A stretch of 64,000 nt of DNA from the human T2T-CHM13v2.0 reference genome, Homo sapiens. The stretch is taken from NCBI RefSeq assembly GCF_009914755.1, contig NC_060931.1; one strand, 5' to 3'. Below are positions 28,488-42,210 of the stretch, piece by piece; position 1 is the first letter of the stretch, and every line of letters starts with the position of its first letter. Made by a program: the position numbers and the translations under genes. The notes beneath the pieces are model-generated. The model was not told the origin of the DNA. It searched no databases and saw only the letters and a list, made by a program, of their open reading frames with translations.

Positions 28488-30874
28488 ACGTTTCTGTAAC
28501 ATGTTATAATGTCTTTCTGGCTCTAGGATTGTGCCATATAATGCCTTTCTCCATCATAGCTTCCTCGTTTCAGAGATATTTTGTCTGCGAATATGTGAAA
28601 TAAATGTCACATTCCAGATTGGCAGAATAAATGAGTATTCTTAGAACTTGGCAATTGGGTGCTACGGATCCTATTTAATACTCCTACATATTTGTCTTAT
28701 TTGTTACTACATGTTAGTGATTCAGTGTTAAAGCCTGAATTTTTATACAGGCTGAAGGTTTAGGTTTATGTGTTTGGTTTTTTTTTTTCCTTTTGGAATT
28801 GGCTGGTAGATTATTTACTGCTAAAAACACCAACTCAATTAAAATAGATATCAATGCATCAGGGCTGTATATCACATGCTTGTAAACTGTTATGTGCAGA
28901 CCTCAGCAATTTATAACTCCTGCCTAAGTACTAATACACTGCTAAAAGACATTATCATCATTAATTTTGCTTTTTTCTTTTTGCTGCTATTCAAAGTCAT
29001 CCCCATTTTGATTTAAAATTAAATAAGTCACTTCATGACATACATAATTACTTATATCTGCAACCTGAGACAGAATTTCTTTCAAGAGGAATCAGATTTA
29101 TCTCAACTAATGAGTCATTGAGTTTCATTTCTATTGCCAAGTACACATTATCTTTTATTCAATATGATATGCCAGAAACTTCCCTAAATGCCAAAATATC
29201 ATTTATCCTCCCTCTACACTCTTCCCCCAGGGATCCAGGCATTTTTGTTCACTCACCTCAGCCCTGATCCACATGCCTGCTGTTTCCATCCCAGCCATCT
29301 CTGTAAGCTGCCAATCATGCTCCTTTTGGCCAGAAGGCTTAGGGCTTTTGAGTTTGTACAGCCAAATATCCAGAGACTGGGTTCACTCCACCCAACACTT
29401 TTGGATTTTGATTTCAGCATTATTTTTCACACAGACTTCCAGAAATGAAAGGTTGCTTTACCAAATCCCCATGACACCTGTTTTTTTCTGTTTATTTATA
29501 TTTTGCATTTTCCCAGCTACCACATAGAAGCCAACCTAGGAGGAGACAGCAGAGGTGTTTGTAAGTGCACTGAGTTTCACAGTGAATGCATGCTGTCTGA
29601 CTGGTGGCTAAGGAGCCTTATTTACTGAAGGCATTTTACAATTTTCTGCTTCCTTCCAAGCCACCTCAGCAAGAATTTTCTTTTGAATTTCGGTGGCGAG
29701 AGGTGATAGAATGATGACAGGTTGGCATGATGCAGCCTTTACCTGTTGAGTAGAAAGAAGCTTAAAGTCTTTGAAGAAAATATCTAGGAATAATGAAAGA
29801 GTTTTTTTCCCTTGAGAACTCTGAATAGTTCAATAGAGTTATTATAAGCCACTAAAGGTGCATGTTGCTTTTAACTGTGCCATTCTTATCTATTCTCAAA
29901 ATTTAGAGAGAAAAATGTTTGGAAGTAGCAGATTATTATATTTTTATTACCTTACATTTGATGATGCTATTGCTTAAAATGTACAAATACCAGTCAATTT
30001 GACCAATAGGGTTAAAAAATACCATTTCATTATAGTCAGTTTATTGTTTGTGCCTCATGACTTTTTTTTAAAAAAAGGTTAATTTCATTTATTGAATCTA
30101 TCTTCCCAAAATGACCTTTACCATTAATTAAAACTACATTCTCCTGCACTTAAAGAGTAGTTTGGCTACCATTTATAAAAATGGTATTAAATCTTCACAG
30201 ATACTAAAGGGAGACAGACTTAACATCCTCCTTACACAAGCTAAGAAACAAGAAATACAGCACCCTAACTCCCAATGGCACATGTTTGAGACAATTTTCT
30301 CAACTTCAGTTGGACTGAAATACCCTTGTATTTTCCTCTTCTAGACATAGGAAGACAGGGCTGCAGGCCATATCATGATGAAATCCATGAAGTTGCTAGT
30401 GGAGTCATCTTAGTGGTCTAGTATGTGGCTCTCAGCTCTCTATGTCCAAGATTTTAATATACTAGTTAATACATAAAGTATTGAGAAATTTGATTATATA
30501 TGCATCTGAAATGCATTTATAAAGCAATTTTCAGATATATGTATTTATATTGGAACATATCTTTCCAGTAATAAAATCATTTTTACTATAAAAAACTACC
30601 TCATTTCCAGTATCATAGTATTCAGAAGTCAAATTAGCAAGAAGAAATTGGAGAGTGAGAGATCATAGAGAAGGACTGTAGAGAGATGGAAGCCTTCTTC
30701 ATTTAAGCCCTTTGAACACTGCCCCCTTATAAATTACATTATTCTGGAGACCAGACTGTTTTATAGGAGTAATTGGAATTAGAAGTACCATCCACAGGGA
30801 AATTACATGGGAAAATGAACTGGCTTTGGCTCCCTTAGTCTCAACCCACAATTATATAGAAGAGATATAGGTGC

Positions 30875-31135
30875 AACAGTGTGTATAGTTCAGAAATCAG
30901 GCTTTATATCAGGCAAATTTGTATTTGAACCTCAGCTCCACTGTTACTACAGCTGTGGAACCCTGGATCAATTACCCTGATTTGCTTTAATTTTATCTGT
31001 ACATGTAGGAAAAAACTCCCTCCTCTTCCTGCTCTCTTCCCACACCACACACAATACCATTAGGGTTGCTGTAAGGCTAAGGAAATACAACATACTGAGC
31101 ACAGGGACTGTCAGGATGGGTCATCAATAAAATGA
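30875..31135 (+). mobile_element. MIR
   Basis: The MIR core-like sequence tttgaacctcagctccactgttactacagctgtg...agggttgctgtaaggctaa...tcaataaaatg is present. Confidence 0.7.
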
Positions 31136-31184
31136 TTGACCAACATACTAATATCTGAAACTGGGTAAGGCTGCTGGGCTGGAT

Positions 31185-31613
31185 TGTCTACTGTCAGCTC
31201 AGCATCATTACCCCACCCTTCTAAGGTCTGAAAATTGCATTCCCCAAACTCCCCTTCCCTATTATTTTCTGGGTAGAATTTCCCCTTGAGAGGAAGTTGC
31301 ATGAGATTTAGACAGCAGAAGAGAAAAAGCTCTTATTCTCTGGATATGATTGCAACCAAACTTATAGGCAGGCGTGAGAGATAGCAGCTACTCAGTGAGC
31401 ACACGAGAACCATCCATACTGCGGCAGATGGCAGAGATTTTCCCCAGCATCCCTGACTTTCCGGCTTCAGCAGTCCCAGTTTTACCATGGCAACGCTCTG
31501 ACCTTCCCTCTCCAGCTCTTCCAACATCTGTGTAAAGCCTAATTTCTGAGCGAAACCTTATTCTTGGAAGAGTTAGGATAGCTCTGTTTTCCTGACTGAT
31601 TCTGGGTTGATAG
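31185..31613 (+). mobile_element. ERVL solo LTR, LTR33-like
   Basis: It contains aaattgcattccccaaactcccctt and a 3' end reading ccagctcttccaaca...tgtaaagcctaatt...ctctgttttcctgactga. Confidence 0.6.
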
Positions 31614-32029
31614 CACTGGCTGTAGTCAGGATCAGGAAGCTGCCAGATGGTGGAATTCAGGTGCAACAGGGAAGCTGCTCCTGTTCTCCATAGAGAGGAT
31701 TTGTCTATAGATTATTTGATTAGTATTATTCTCCCATACTAGGCTATAGCACCAAGTCCAGTGCTTGGCACATTAGGAACTCAATAGACAGTTGTTGAAT
31801 GCCAGCATCTATGTATGGTTGCTTCTGTTTGCCCTACCCCCTCATCCCCTTTCTTCTAGAATGGGTTTTTTCTTACTCTCCCTCCACTGCATGGTTGAAC
31901 AACAGCCAAAGTCTTCTTTTAGAGCTTACTCCTCTGGACACATTTTATTGTTCCTGGTCACTGCTGGCCAATTACAATTTTTCTAAAGATGTTTTACAGT
32001 AGATACTAACAGTACAGCCCCTTGCTGTA

Positions 32030-32270
32030 TCATGAAAGCCTGGAAGCTACTAGCAACCATCATTTCAGTAGTATGGAGAATGTCTGAGAGAATGAAATAG
32101 AAATAGAAGTAGTACATATGTGAAATGGTGAGAGAATTTTGTCAGCATTCAAATTCCCTAGCAGCAGTAGTCCCCAGCAACAGTTTGTAGTGAAGGATAA
32201 TACCTCACGTTTCTTGTCTAAGCAAGTTTGAGTTGCATTTCTGTCACTGCACCAAAAGGGTAATATATAC
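32030..32270 (+). mobile_element. Ancient LTR fragment (MLT1K/L or LTR16-like 3' half)
   Basis: The terminal motif ctaagcaagtttgagttgcatttctgtcactgcaccaaaag is present. Confidence 0.5.
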
Positions 32271-32599
32271 TATCTCCACTTGTATACCAACAATCTTATG
32301 TCTCCAGTCCTGCCTTTGTCCTTGGCTGTGCCCTTACTATCCAATTTTGGGAGGAGAAAAATGATAGAGGTAAAAGTCAGAGAGTTGCGTTAGAGAAGAA
32401 AATATCGGCCCCTGTAAAGGGAAGGCAAGGAGAACACACCTAGTCACCTTCAAAGCCTCAGATGTGTGAAAAAATACTTTTTTTTAAAGTTGACACGAGT
32501 ACATTCTATTCCATCAAAAAGAACCAAGAGCTAGTGTTCAGATAACCATTCAGCGTCCCATTGTGTTAGTTATCTCATCCTCAGGATCCATACTAACTT

Positions 32600-32790
32600 A
32601 CAACTTCACCATATCACACACTTGCCATGTTATATCACAGTGTATCTACCTACTAGTCATTCTACTTCATTAATCCGTAATCCACTGAAAGGCAGAGATT
32701 ATATTTTATTTGTCTTCACATTCTCAGCATCTGGCATATTACCTGCCTCATAATAGGTGGTCAATAATCTTATATGTCAAATGAATAAAA
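32600..32790 (+). mobile_element. LINE-2 3' end
   Basis: The sequence gaaaggcagagattatattttatttgtcttcacattctcagcatctggcatattacctg...taggtggtcaataa...aatgaat matches an L2 3' end. Confidence 0.7.
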
Positions 32791-33337
32791 TTTATTTATA
32801 CAAAGAAATATGTCTGTTTTGACACCCCTTTTAAAAAGTCTCAGTTGATAATTTTATTTAAAGAAATATTTGACATGTTATAGTTTAATCAGGTAAGAAA
32901 TCTGGCCAGTTTATTTATATTTTGATTATATAGAGAAACATATATAATTTTATTTACCAGTTTAAAAAGTTTTCTAGAATTCACAGTGAAAAAATTGTAA
33001 AATACTGTGATGAAATTCTTTGTTGTCTTTTCTCCTTTCTTCTTTCTGAGTGCCAGGTTTTATGCTAGGAGCTAGGGATAATAGGATGCAGAAGCTCTCA
33101 GTTCTTCCTTAAGAAAGAGGGTGAAATCTAGTGGCACAGACTAGACATGCCAACTTTCTCTCTCTCTCTCCCTCTCTCTCTCTGAAATGCTTAGAGTTGT
33201 TAGAGATAATCAAATATTTATTTTATCACCAAATGATCAGTAAAGAATACAGTTGCATTAAGTATGTAAGAGTCTTAGTATTAATAAGTATGTAAGACTC
33301 TTACATGGAAAAGAGTATCCAAAGTTACTGCTTTAAA

Positions 33338-33590
33338 ATAATAATAATGATAATAATATCTAGTATTTATAGGGTGCTCACTAAGTACTATGAACTCTGC
33401 TAAATGTGTTATGTAACCTATATTAGCCCTACAAAATTCATGTGCAGTACATATAAATTATTATATATTTTGCAGATGAATAAAATTATGCTTTGAAGTG
33501 TTAAGTAGTTTTCCCAAGGTTGTATAGCTAACATGTGGCTCAGCCAGCATTCTAACCCAAAGATGTTCATCTGTAGAGTCAGCACTCTTC
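33338..33590 (-). mobile_element. MIR
   Basis: The sequence tatttatagggtgctcactaagtacta...ttttgcagatgaataaaattatgctttgaagtgttaagtagttttcccaaggttgtatagcta is MIR-like. Confidence 0.8.
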
Positions 33591-35359
33591 TGTAAAGAGA
33601 GGCAATGTTTTAAAAGTACAATTAAGGAAGAGGAAAATTAGACTATTACTATTGGTAATTAGGGATTGTGAATAAGAGTTTGAGTGGAATATGGTCTAGC
33701 AGAAACTTTTTGATGGAAACCTTGCATGTAGGGAAATTGAGAATGAAGTTTACATATCTTAAAGATGACCTTAGCAGGTAAAGGCGAAGGTTGAAAGCAT
33801 CAGAGGTGGAAAAAAATTACAATAAATACAATTGACCCTTGAACAATGCAGGGCTTAGGGGTAGTGACCCCTTCACAGTCGAAAATTTGTGTATTATCTT
33901 TTGGCTCTTCCAAAACTTAACTAAACCCCTAATGTTGACCATAAGCCTCACTGAAAATAAACAATCGATTAGCACCTATTTTGTTTGTTATATGTATTTT
34001 ATACTATATTCTTACAATAAATTATGCTAGAGAAAAGAAAATGTTACTATGAAAATTCTAAGGAAGAGAAAATATTTTTGCTATTCATTAAGTGGAAGTG
34101 TTTTATCCTAAAGGTCTTCATCCTCATTGTCTTCACATTGAGTAGGCTTAGGAGGCAGAAGAGGAGGGGTTGGTCTTATTGTATCAGAGGTGGCAGAGGT
34201 GAAAGAGGTTGGGGTGTGGAAGGAGAGGCAGGTTACAATTGCTGTAACTTTACAGAAATCATCATCATAATTTCTGCCTGATATTTTTGCTTTTGCATTT
34301 CTCAAAAAATTTTCTATATGGTACCAATCCTTCCTTCTTCCACTGTGGCTCATATCATGGAAGAATCCATGTCTAAAAAAAGTCACAAATGTCTTGAATA
34401 ATCAGAATTCTCCTGCCAGATTGTCTGATGTCAATTTGTTTCCTGGCATTGTTTCTTCTCCATCTTCCTCATCATCTGGAACTAGTTCAAAAGCACTTGT
34501 CTCCATTAAGTTGTCTTCTGTTAATTGCTCTGGTGTGGTGTCTCTTAACTCTCAAATTTCTTGAAGATTCATACCTTGAAACTTTTCACCTGTCTTTTTT
34601 TTTGCCATATCCACAATCTCTCTCATGATTTCCTTGATTGGCTCTGTCATAAATCCTGTGAAGTCATGTGTACCATCTGGACACAGTTTTCTCCAGTAGA
34701 AATTTATTGTTTTAGGCTTGATGGCTTTCACAGCTTTTTATGTAACAATGATGACATCTTCAATGTAATGCTTTAAGACTTTCATGATGCTCTTTCTGAG
34801 GGTTCTCTTCCATAGCAATGACAATCCTTTCCATAGAGCACCATGTGTAATTGGTCTTAAAGGTTTTTATGACTCTATGAACTACAGGTTGAATTAAAGG
34901 TGTGTTTGGGGACAAGTAGACAGTTTCATTGTCTTTGTTGTTGAAATCATGGTGTTCTGAGTGGCCAGGAACATTGTCCGATATCAAAAGAACTTTAAAA
35001 GACAGTCCCTTATTAGCAAGATACTTCCTGACTTCAGGGACAAAAAATCAATGGAACCAATCCAGAAAAAGGGTCTCGTTCAGGTCTTCTTTTATAACCA
35101 GAAGACCGGTAGCTGGTGTTTCCCTTTTTCCTTCGAGGGTAAGAGCTTAGTGGCTTTATGTATAAGGGTAGTCCTGATCATAAACCTGACTGCATTTGTG
35201 CAACAAACAGTAGGGTTAACCTTTTTCTTCTTCCCTTAAGTCCTGGTACTTGCTTCTTTTCCTTCCTAGTAAATTTTCTTTATGGCATTGTTTTACCCAA
35301 AGTAGAGCACTTTTTCCTCATTAAAAATCTGTTTGAGCAAATATTCTTTCTCTTCAATA

Positions 35360-35685
35360 TTTTTCTTTTTCTTTTTTTCCTTTTTTTTTTTTTTTTTTTT
35401 GAGACGGAGTCTCACTCTGTGGGCCAGGCTGGAGTGCAGTGGCACGATCTCGACTCACTGCAAGCTCTGCCTCCCAGGCTCCCGGGTTCATGCCATTCTC
35501 CTGCCTCAGACTCCCGACTAGCTGGGGCTACAGGCACCCGCCACCTCGCCAGCTAATTTTTTGTATTTTTAGTAGAGACGGGGTTTCACCATGTTAGCCA
35601 GGATGGTCTCGATCTGACCTTGTGATCTGCCCACCTTGGCCTCCCAAAGTGCTGGGATTACAGGCGTGAGCCACCGTGCCCGGCC
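35360..35685 (-). mobile_element. AluY nested in Tigger2
   Basis: This is a full Alu with a T-rich tail. The TSD ctcttcaata(t/a)ttttctt starts at 35350 and 35686. Confidence 0.95.
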
Positions 35686-36040
35686 CTCTTCAATAATTTT
35701 CTTAATGACACCTCTGGGAACTCATCTATAGCCTCTTGATCAACTGAAGCTGCTTCTCCTGTTATCTTGAGATTTTTTTTTTAGACAAACCTCTTCCTAA
35801 ATTATCAAACCATCCATTGCTGGCATTAAATTCTCCAGGTTTAGAGACTTTCATTTTAAGATGTTGCATAATGACTTCCTTTAAAAAAAATAAATTTAGT
35901 CTATAGGTATACTTTCTTATAGTAATCCTGTACCCACATATAAACTGAATTTTCAATATGAGATTAAAAAGTGTTTTGCAGAAAGTGCAAGGTTTTTATA
36001 CTTGCTTCCACAGCTACTCATGAAGCAACAGCTTCATGAA

Positions 36041-36422
36041 TTCCTTCCTTCCTTCCCTCCCTCCCCTTTTCTTTCCTTCTTTCCTTCTTTCTTTCTTTCT
36101 TCCTTCCTTCCTTTCCTTCCTTCCTTTCCTTCCTTTCCTTCCTCCCTCCCTCCCCTTTTCTTTCTCTCTCTCCCTTCCTTCCTTCCTTTCTTTTTCTTTC
36201 CTTCTTTCCTTCCTTCCTTCCTCCTTTCTTTCCTCCTTTCCTTCCTTCTTTCCTCCCTCCTTTCCTTCCTCCCTCTCTCCTCTCTCTCTTTCTTCCTTTT
36301 TTCTTTTCTTTCTTCCTTTTTTCTTTTCTCTCTCTGTCTCTCTCTCTCTCCTGCCCTCCCCTGCACCCCATCCCTCCCCTCCCCTTCTTCCTTCCCTCCC
36401 TTTCTTCTCTCTTCCTGTCTTT
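36041..36422. repeat. Long polypyrimidine (TTCC/CTTT/CT)n tract
   Basis: There is no purine on the + strand from 36041 to 36335, and the tract stays pyrimidine-rich to ~36422. Confidence 0.97.
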
Positions 36423-38384
36423 CACAATGTGCCTCATGTTGAATTTATTTCTCTTGAAATGGTGGGAAACTGCAGCTATAGATCTCAGCCTGCTGCACGT
36501 ATCAAGCAAGTCAACTTTTTTATGTAGTGTAATGACTTTTCTCTGCTTCTTGGCAGCACTTCCAGCATTGCTAGTGACACTTCATAGGGATCCAGTGGCG
36601 TTACTCAAGGTTTACAGTACTGCACTAAGCATGATGAAAAATGGGAAATACACAAGAACTGTGAGATCATTTTTTTCTGTGACATGCAATTTACTGGAGA
36701 TGATTAGCATCATATGGCATCTTAAACAGATCTCACTGCAATAGCAACAGGAGATGGCTACAAAATTATTATAGTAGTATAATATGTACAACAGTTAATC
36801 TTATTCTGTTATGATTTCATTCTGCATTTTTATGTTTGTTTACATTTCTCTCAGCTACAGCTGACACCATGTATGGTCTGTGTTTGTGTGTATATATTTT
36901 GATAAACTTTGACTTTTTATTACAGATTTTTGCATATTTTATGATAGTAAATGATAAAATGAACTAATATGTATCTATATTTTATGGCCTCATGACATAC
37001 CTGACTTTCTCTTTTTTTTTCAATATTTCTAAGCTACTGAGGTTCACCTGCAAGTTTTTTCAAATTGTTGCAAATCTTTTAAAAATTCCAGTATATTTAT
37101 TGAAAAAATCAGTGCGTAAGTAGACCCACACAATTCAAACCTAAGTTGTTCAAGGGTCAACTGTATTTGACATAAATATGCTGTATTTATAATATAAATA
37201 TCATCTATTATAGAATAGATGATAATCTTCAATAGGTCAGATCTCAGAGCTTCCAAAAGTTAGACAGGAGAAATATATTCTTTTACCCACTTTATAACAT
37301 TTACTCTTCAACTGCCTATGACTCTGGGGCAATAAATTTAGAAATACACAGATTAGCAACAAGGTTGCTCCTAGATCAAGAAGCTCCTGACACAAGCTAT
37401 TACTATAAAGATTGAGGCTGGAAGAGACAGTTTATTGAGTAAAATTGGAGTTTTCTTATAATAAAGAAAGTGATGTTGGGTGAAAAAAAAATTAGGCATT
37501 TACTTCACATAGCATTTGAAATATATGCCCAAATTTTGTCTAAAATATCTAGCTGGAGTTTTGAGGCTACATTTGCTCTTTAGGTATAGAGTATTCACAT
37601 GTGCTCTACTTTTTTCCCCCTATCTTTGGCTTTACATGTGCTTTGTTAGTACTAGCTCGTAGCCTTAGTTTATTATATTGCAGGTCAGATGTTACAGTGA
37701 AAAGAGTATCAGATTGAGAAACTTTAAGCCCAGGGAAGGACTATGTGACTCCTTTGATTTGGTATGATTCATCAAACCTCAACTGAAATTGTTCTAAATC
37801 AAAGGAGATTGGTGACCCTAAGAACCTATTTGGTTTTTTATAATTAAATTAGCCTTTGCTGGTCCTGAGCCCTTAAATTGTGAAATTCCTTTTCTGTAGC
37901 ATTTCTCCCTAGGATCATCCTGAGTCATAGTTTCCTTTCTCTATAGACATTGGCATGTCACCTGTGGTCTCCACCAAATTGGTTTTGTTAAGGTTACAAC
38001 ATTTATTTATGTGAATATTTATTATTATTATTATTATTATTAGCTCAGCTCTGAATAAGTTTGAAAAGTGCTATCAACATTATATATTGACAAACACTTT
38101 TTAGAGATTTAATATGTGGTGTCCAATTGCAGCTAAACTGTCACAACACTTCACTGTCTCTTACGATGAGAAAAGTGTAATCTGTCTCTAAGAACTGTTT
38201 TTATCATTATAAATCACATATAGCTTTATTTCACATGAGTAAATTAAAATGAGGAGGTAAGCTAAGATTTGTCTAGGTCATACCTCATGTCTTCTGATTC
38301 TAAATATAATTTTCTTCTATCTATACCAATAACTTCGGTATTTTTTTAAAAAATAAGTGACGAACCGCTGAATCTTATTCTAAA

Positions 38385-38760
38385 TATCCATGCATTTATT
38401 CATCTGCCATGTGTTATATATTTATTGTGTCCCATGCCCTATGCTTGGCCCAGACAAAAAAAAAAAAGAAGCCAGTAATTGCTCTGAGTTGGCTTATAGA
38501 GTGCTGGTGGGATGTGTGAGAGCAATAAAATGGCAATAACAATATAGTGCGAGAAATAGAATAATAAGCCAAGATAGCATTTACTTTGCAATTGCAACAT
38601 AGGGGCACTGAATTCAGACTGAATGGGTTAGGAAAGGTTTTCTGGTAGAGTGGTAGCTAAACTAAATCTTGAAGGGTAATAGAAATTAGCCAGGAACAAA
38701 AGGAAAGAATGAACATTCTAGGCAAATGAAGCAGCATAGACAAAAGCAAAAAGAGATGAA
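38385..38760 (-). mobile_element. LINE-2 fragment
   Basis: The sequence catttattcatc...tatttattgtgtcc...ggaaaggttttctggtagagtggtagctaaactaaatcttgaagg...gaacattctaggcaaatgaagcagcat is L2-like. Confidence 0.65.
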
Positions 38761-39889
38761 AGGGAAAGAAAAGGCCTTACATAATGATTCTTCCTTTGTA
38801 AAATAATTACATAGGTTTATGCTATATTTAAGAGGGACTTACAATAATCAAAAAGTAAATATGGGTTGAAAAAAGTAGATATGACAATAATATAGAGCCT
38901 GCAAAAACAGTACCAATCCCAGAAGGAAGGAAAATGAGACGGAGAAGCATGAAAATAGCTTGACCTTTGGTGGCTGGGAAGCAGATAAAGGTCTCTCTGT
39001 GGTCCCATCAGTACAAATCAAATCAGCCAAGGTGCAAGTCACCTGAAGAAACAGTCATAAGTCACCACATGCATTTATTTTCCCTACCACAATCCAGAAG
39101 GAGGACCAAATCAATTCAGAATCATGGCTTTGCCTATATGAGTGATAGCAGGTCGTTTTCAGTGGGCCAGGTCCAGCATTGTATTTATTCAGTGTTGAAA
39201 TGTAGTAAGGGAACAGAGAATTGGTTGACTTCCAGAATTATGAAATAAAACATTTGGCTACAAAATTAACCACATGAACAAATGTCTTTTGAGGTTTGTT
39301 ATGGTAGCTGCCTTGTGCATCAAGCCGACTTTGGGATGTATAGGATATTCATCTTATACTCCATCTCCTTACCTCAGTTGATGAAAATCGTTAATGTCAG
39401 AATATACATGATATTGTATGTTTTGAAGTCCCGAATCATTTTTCTGAACCCCAACAGAAATTGATATCCAGATCACTATAAAGAACATTTGCTTTTAACA
39501 CTAGCCATCTCAACAGGGAGTTAAATCTCTCCTTTTTTTTTTTTTAAATTCCCCTCAGCCAGTATTAACACATATCCTGAAGTTCTCTTCACTTACGTTC
39601 TGTCAGTTTCCTTTGTCAGCTGTGGTTGAAACTGGCTACCCAACTAGCTTTAATTCGGTTGTATTCTCTTAGCTCAGGATTTTATTGCTATTCCATAATG
39701 CCTGATAAAATGGGATGGACCCACCCACTCTGTCAAAATCTCTAAATTGGGAAGAAATACATCAAGTGATTTTCACTTCTCTATTCTTTGTCCTTCATTG
39801 TGAATTCTAAAGCAAAATTCTAAAATATGATTTTGAATCAGAGCTGTACATTACCATTTATGTAATAGCAAAGGCAATTTCTAATTTTA

Positions 39890-40060
39890 GTGTAGTGGAA
39901 ATTATACTGTGTTTAGGATCAGAAGACCTGCTTTTTAAGTCTTAGAACTGAAACTACATGCTTTATATTGAGCAAGTCAAACCTCCCTGTTCTTCAAAAT
40001 CCTTCCTGTGTGAAATAATATATATAGACTGGTGACCTCTATAGGTCTTTCTTTTGACTC
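39890..40060 (+). mobile_element. MIR (MIR3-like)
   Basis: The sequence tgtagtggaa...ggatcagaagacctg...gagcaagtcaaacctccctg...gactggtgacctct is MIR-like. Confidence 0.6.
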
Positions 40061-42004
40061 TCTGAATGCTTAAACAAAATGTAATTCATTCAAGGCCTCC
40101 ATTAATAAAGAGAAATCTAGAAACGAAACAAATCATACCATGAAGTCAAAACATCAAAACCCTTGAATAGGTTACATAATCACCCTAATGATGATAGCCA
40201 CAACCATCATGATACATTATTTATCAAATATCTACATATTCACATCACCATGGTAGACACTAAGATATATCAAATAAACTAAAGAGATGTGGTCCTGGCT
40301 GGACTCCTAGGAGCACAATAGATAAAAAGAGAAAAGGGTTTCCCACATGAAACTGCTCCCTCAAAGGAACTATTTATCCAGCTTTTTCTTCGGGATGATT
40401 CATGATGTGTAGTATTCTGTTCACTTCCAGGTTAAGAAAGAATAACCAAGAACAGAACTGACAAATTAAGTCAGTCAGTGCCACCTGCAGTTGGAACAAT
40501 GACATAAATCCTGCCACATTTTTTATGGGAAAATCTAATGGAAACTGTTCCGAAGAAAATCAATAAAGCCATCAAACATTGGGTACTTGTTAGATGTAGT
40601 TTCTTTTTTGGCAGGAGTGGTAATAAGATGAAATTCACTACCTTAGTGTATTTATTCTCTAGGTAAGTAGACAAGAGGAGAGATTACAAATTGAAATTGA
40701 TTCAAAAAATGCATCACCATTTTTAATAGTTGAAGTCTATATAAATAGAAATGCGCATCAGTGAACAAAGGACCTAATGATTGGCATTAATAAAAAATAG
40801 TCTAAAAACCCAACTGTGCCTTGAATGGCAGGGGAATTAGAAAGAAATATTAAAATAAAGACAAATGAATTGATATTGTGTAGTGTTTTACAAAGCATGT
40901 TTTTATACTTGATTTCATTTTATCTTCAGATGATAAGAACAAGGCTAACAGTATGCCAATGTTATATGCTTTGACAAGGTAAAAATTCATAGACTTCAAA
41001 AACAGGAAATTAATGGCCAGAGTATTCATTCATTGCCTCATAGGTGTTCGCAGTGAGTAAAGGAACTCTTGTCTTTCATTAATCTTGACAAATGTATAAT
41101 TATTACCTCTTCACATATTGTATCTTTTCTACTTTTAAAATTATCTTTTTCTGTAACTATAGGTAGATACATAGTAATCCATTTTAATTACTCTGCCATG
41201 ACTCTTAAATTGCCATGTCTCTTTTCCTTGAGTTTATATATGCCAATAAATGTTTTAATTGCATCTGTTATAAACTTTCTAACATCTAGGCACTATGTTT
41301 CAGTGAATTTTAAATTTAACACAACAGGAATTAGCAGAATTGATAGATTATTTTTGATAATAATAATAGTGACAAAGTTATTCTCATTTTCCTGGGATAA
41401 AGTCTCCCAGGCTTAAAAATTTGGAATCATCTTGATTTTATATGCATCCTTACTTCTGTGTTCATTTAGTCATTAAAATTAATTATTCCTGCCACAATAT
41501 AAAGTTCATGGGTTCTCAAACTTAGGTGTTTATCAGAATTACCTTTTCTGTGTCATTTCTCCAAGAGTTTCTGGTTCATAGATTCTCTGACACACAGTTG
41601 AGAATTATTTTGGTAGGGATTTAATAAATTCATGACAAAATGGCTCCGACATTTCTTTCTGCCTTCCTTTTACACCACTACTTTTTAACCCATAAACTGG
41701 GCCATTTAGATAGACATAATGGTAAAACCATTCTCATAACAATTCTTCTCTCTAATGTCCCTTTTCATTTATTTCTGCAAGCTGACTTTGGAATTAATTT
41801 CTTCAAATATCCCTACAACCATATAACTTCTCTGCTTAGATATTTTAGGGCTTTCCTGGTTGTCAAAGCTCTCGATATTTGGGTTTAGTTTACTTTTAAA
41901 AAATAATTTCCTACATCTTATCTGTGCAAATCTTGCTTATTTTCCAAGTGATTTATTCACCATCCCCGAACCTACTTTTTATTCCCCTTTACAACTTTAC
42001 TTAT

Positions 42005-42210
42005 GCGAAGGAAGATTTGAGTTCAAACTCTGACTCAGCCACTTTCCAGTTATGTAAACTTAGGAAAATCATTTTACCTGGTTTACTATATTTACTCATT
42101 TGTCAAATGTAATGTTTCTAATCTTTGACTTTCTTGCTCTCAAAACTATTAGGGAATATAAACTAAAATTGAGTACATAAATGTGCTTTGCAAAATATAA
42201 AGCACTACAC
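42005..42210 (+). mobile_element. MIR
   Basis: The sequence gatttgagttcaaactctgactcagccactttccagttatgtaaacttagg...ctcatttgtcaaatg is MIR-like. Confidence 0.7.

Larger units (their letters stand above)
33829..37163 (-). mobile_element. Near full-length Tigger2 (pogo/Tc1-mariner) DNA transposon with decayed transposase
   Basis: The TIRs are caattgacccttgaacaa (33829) and ttgttcaagggtcaactg (ends 37163), with TA on both sides. Minus-strand ORF pieces carry DDE_1-like (DNVPGH...VYLSPNTPLIQP) and CENP-B-HTH-like (GEFNASNGWFDN) motifs. Confidence 0.93.

Noticed and set aside
29250-29760. Possible minus-strand non-coding exon (acceptor near 29744, gtgagt donor near 29255)
   Set aside because: There is no ORF support or other evidence available from sequence alone.
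36002-36527. ORFs of 110-163 aa rich in F/L/S/P or K/R/E/G
   Set aside because: They are translations of the polypyrimidine tract, which lacks stop codons by composition.
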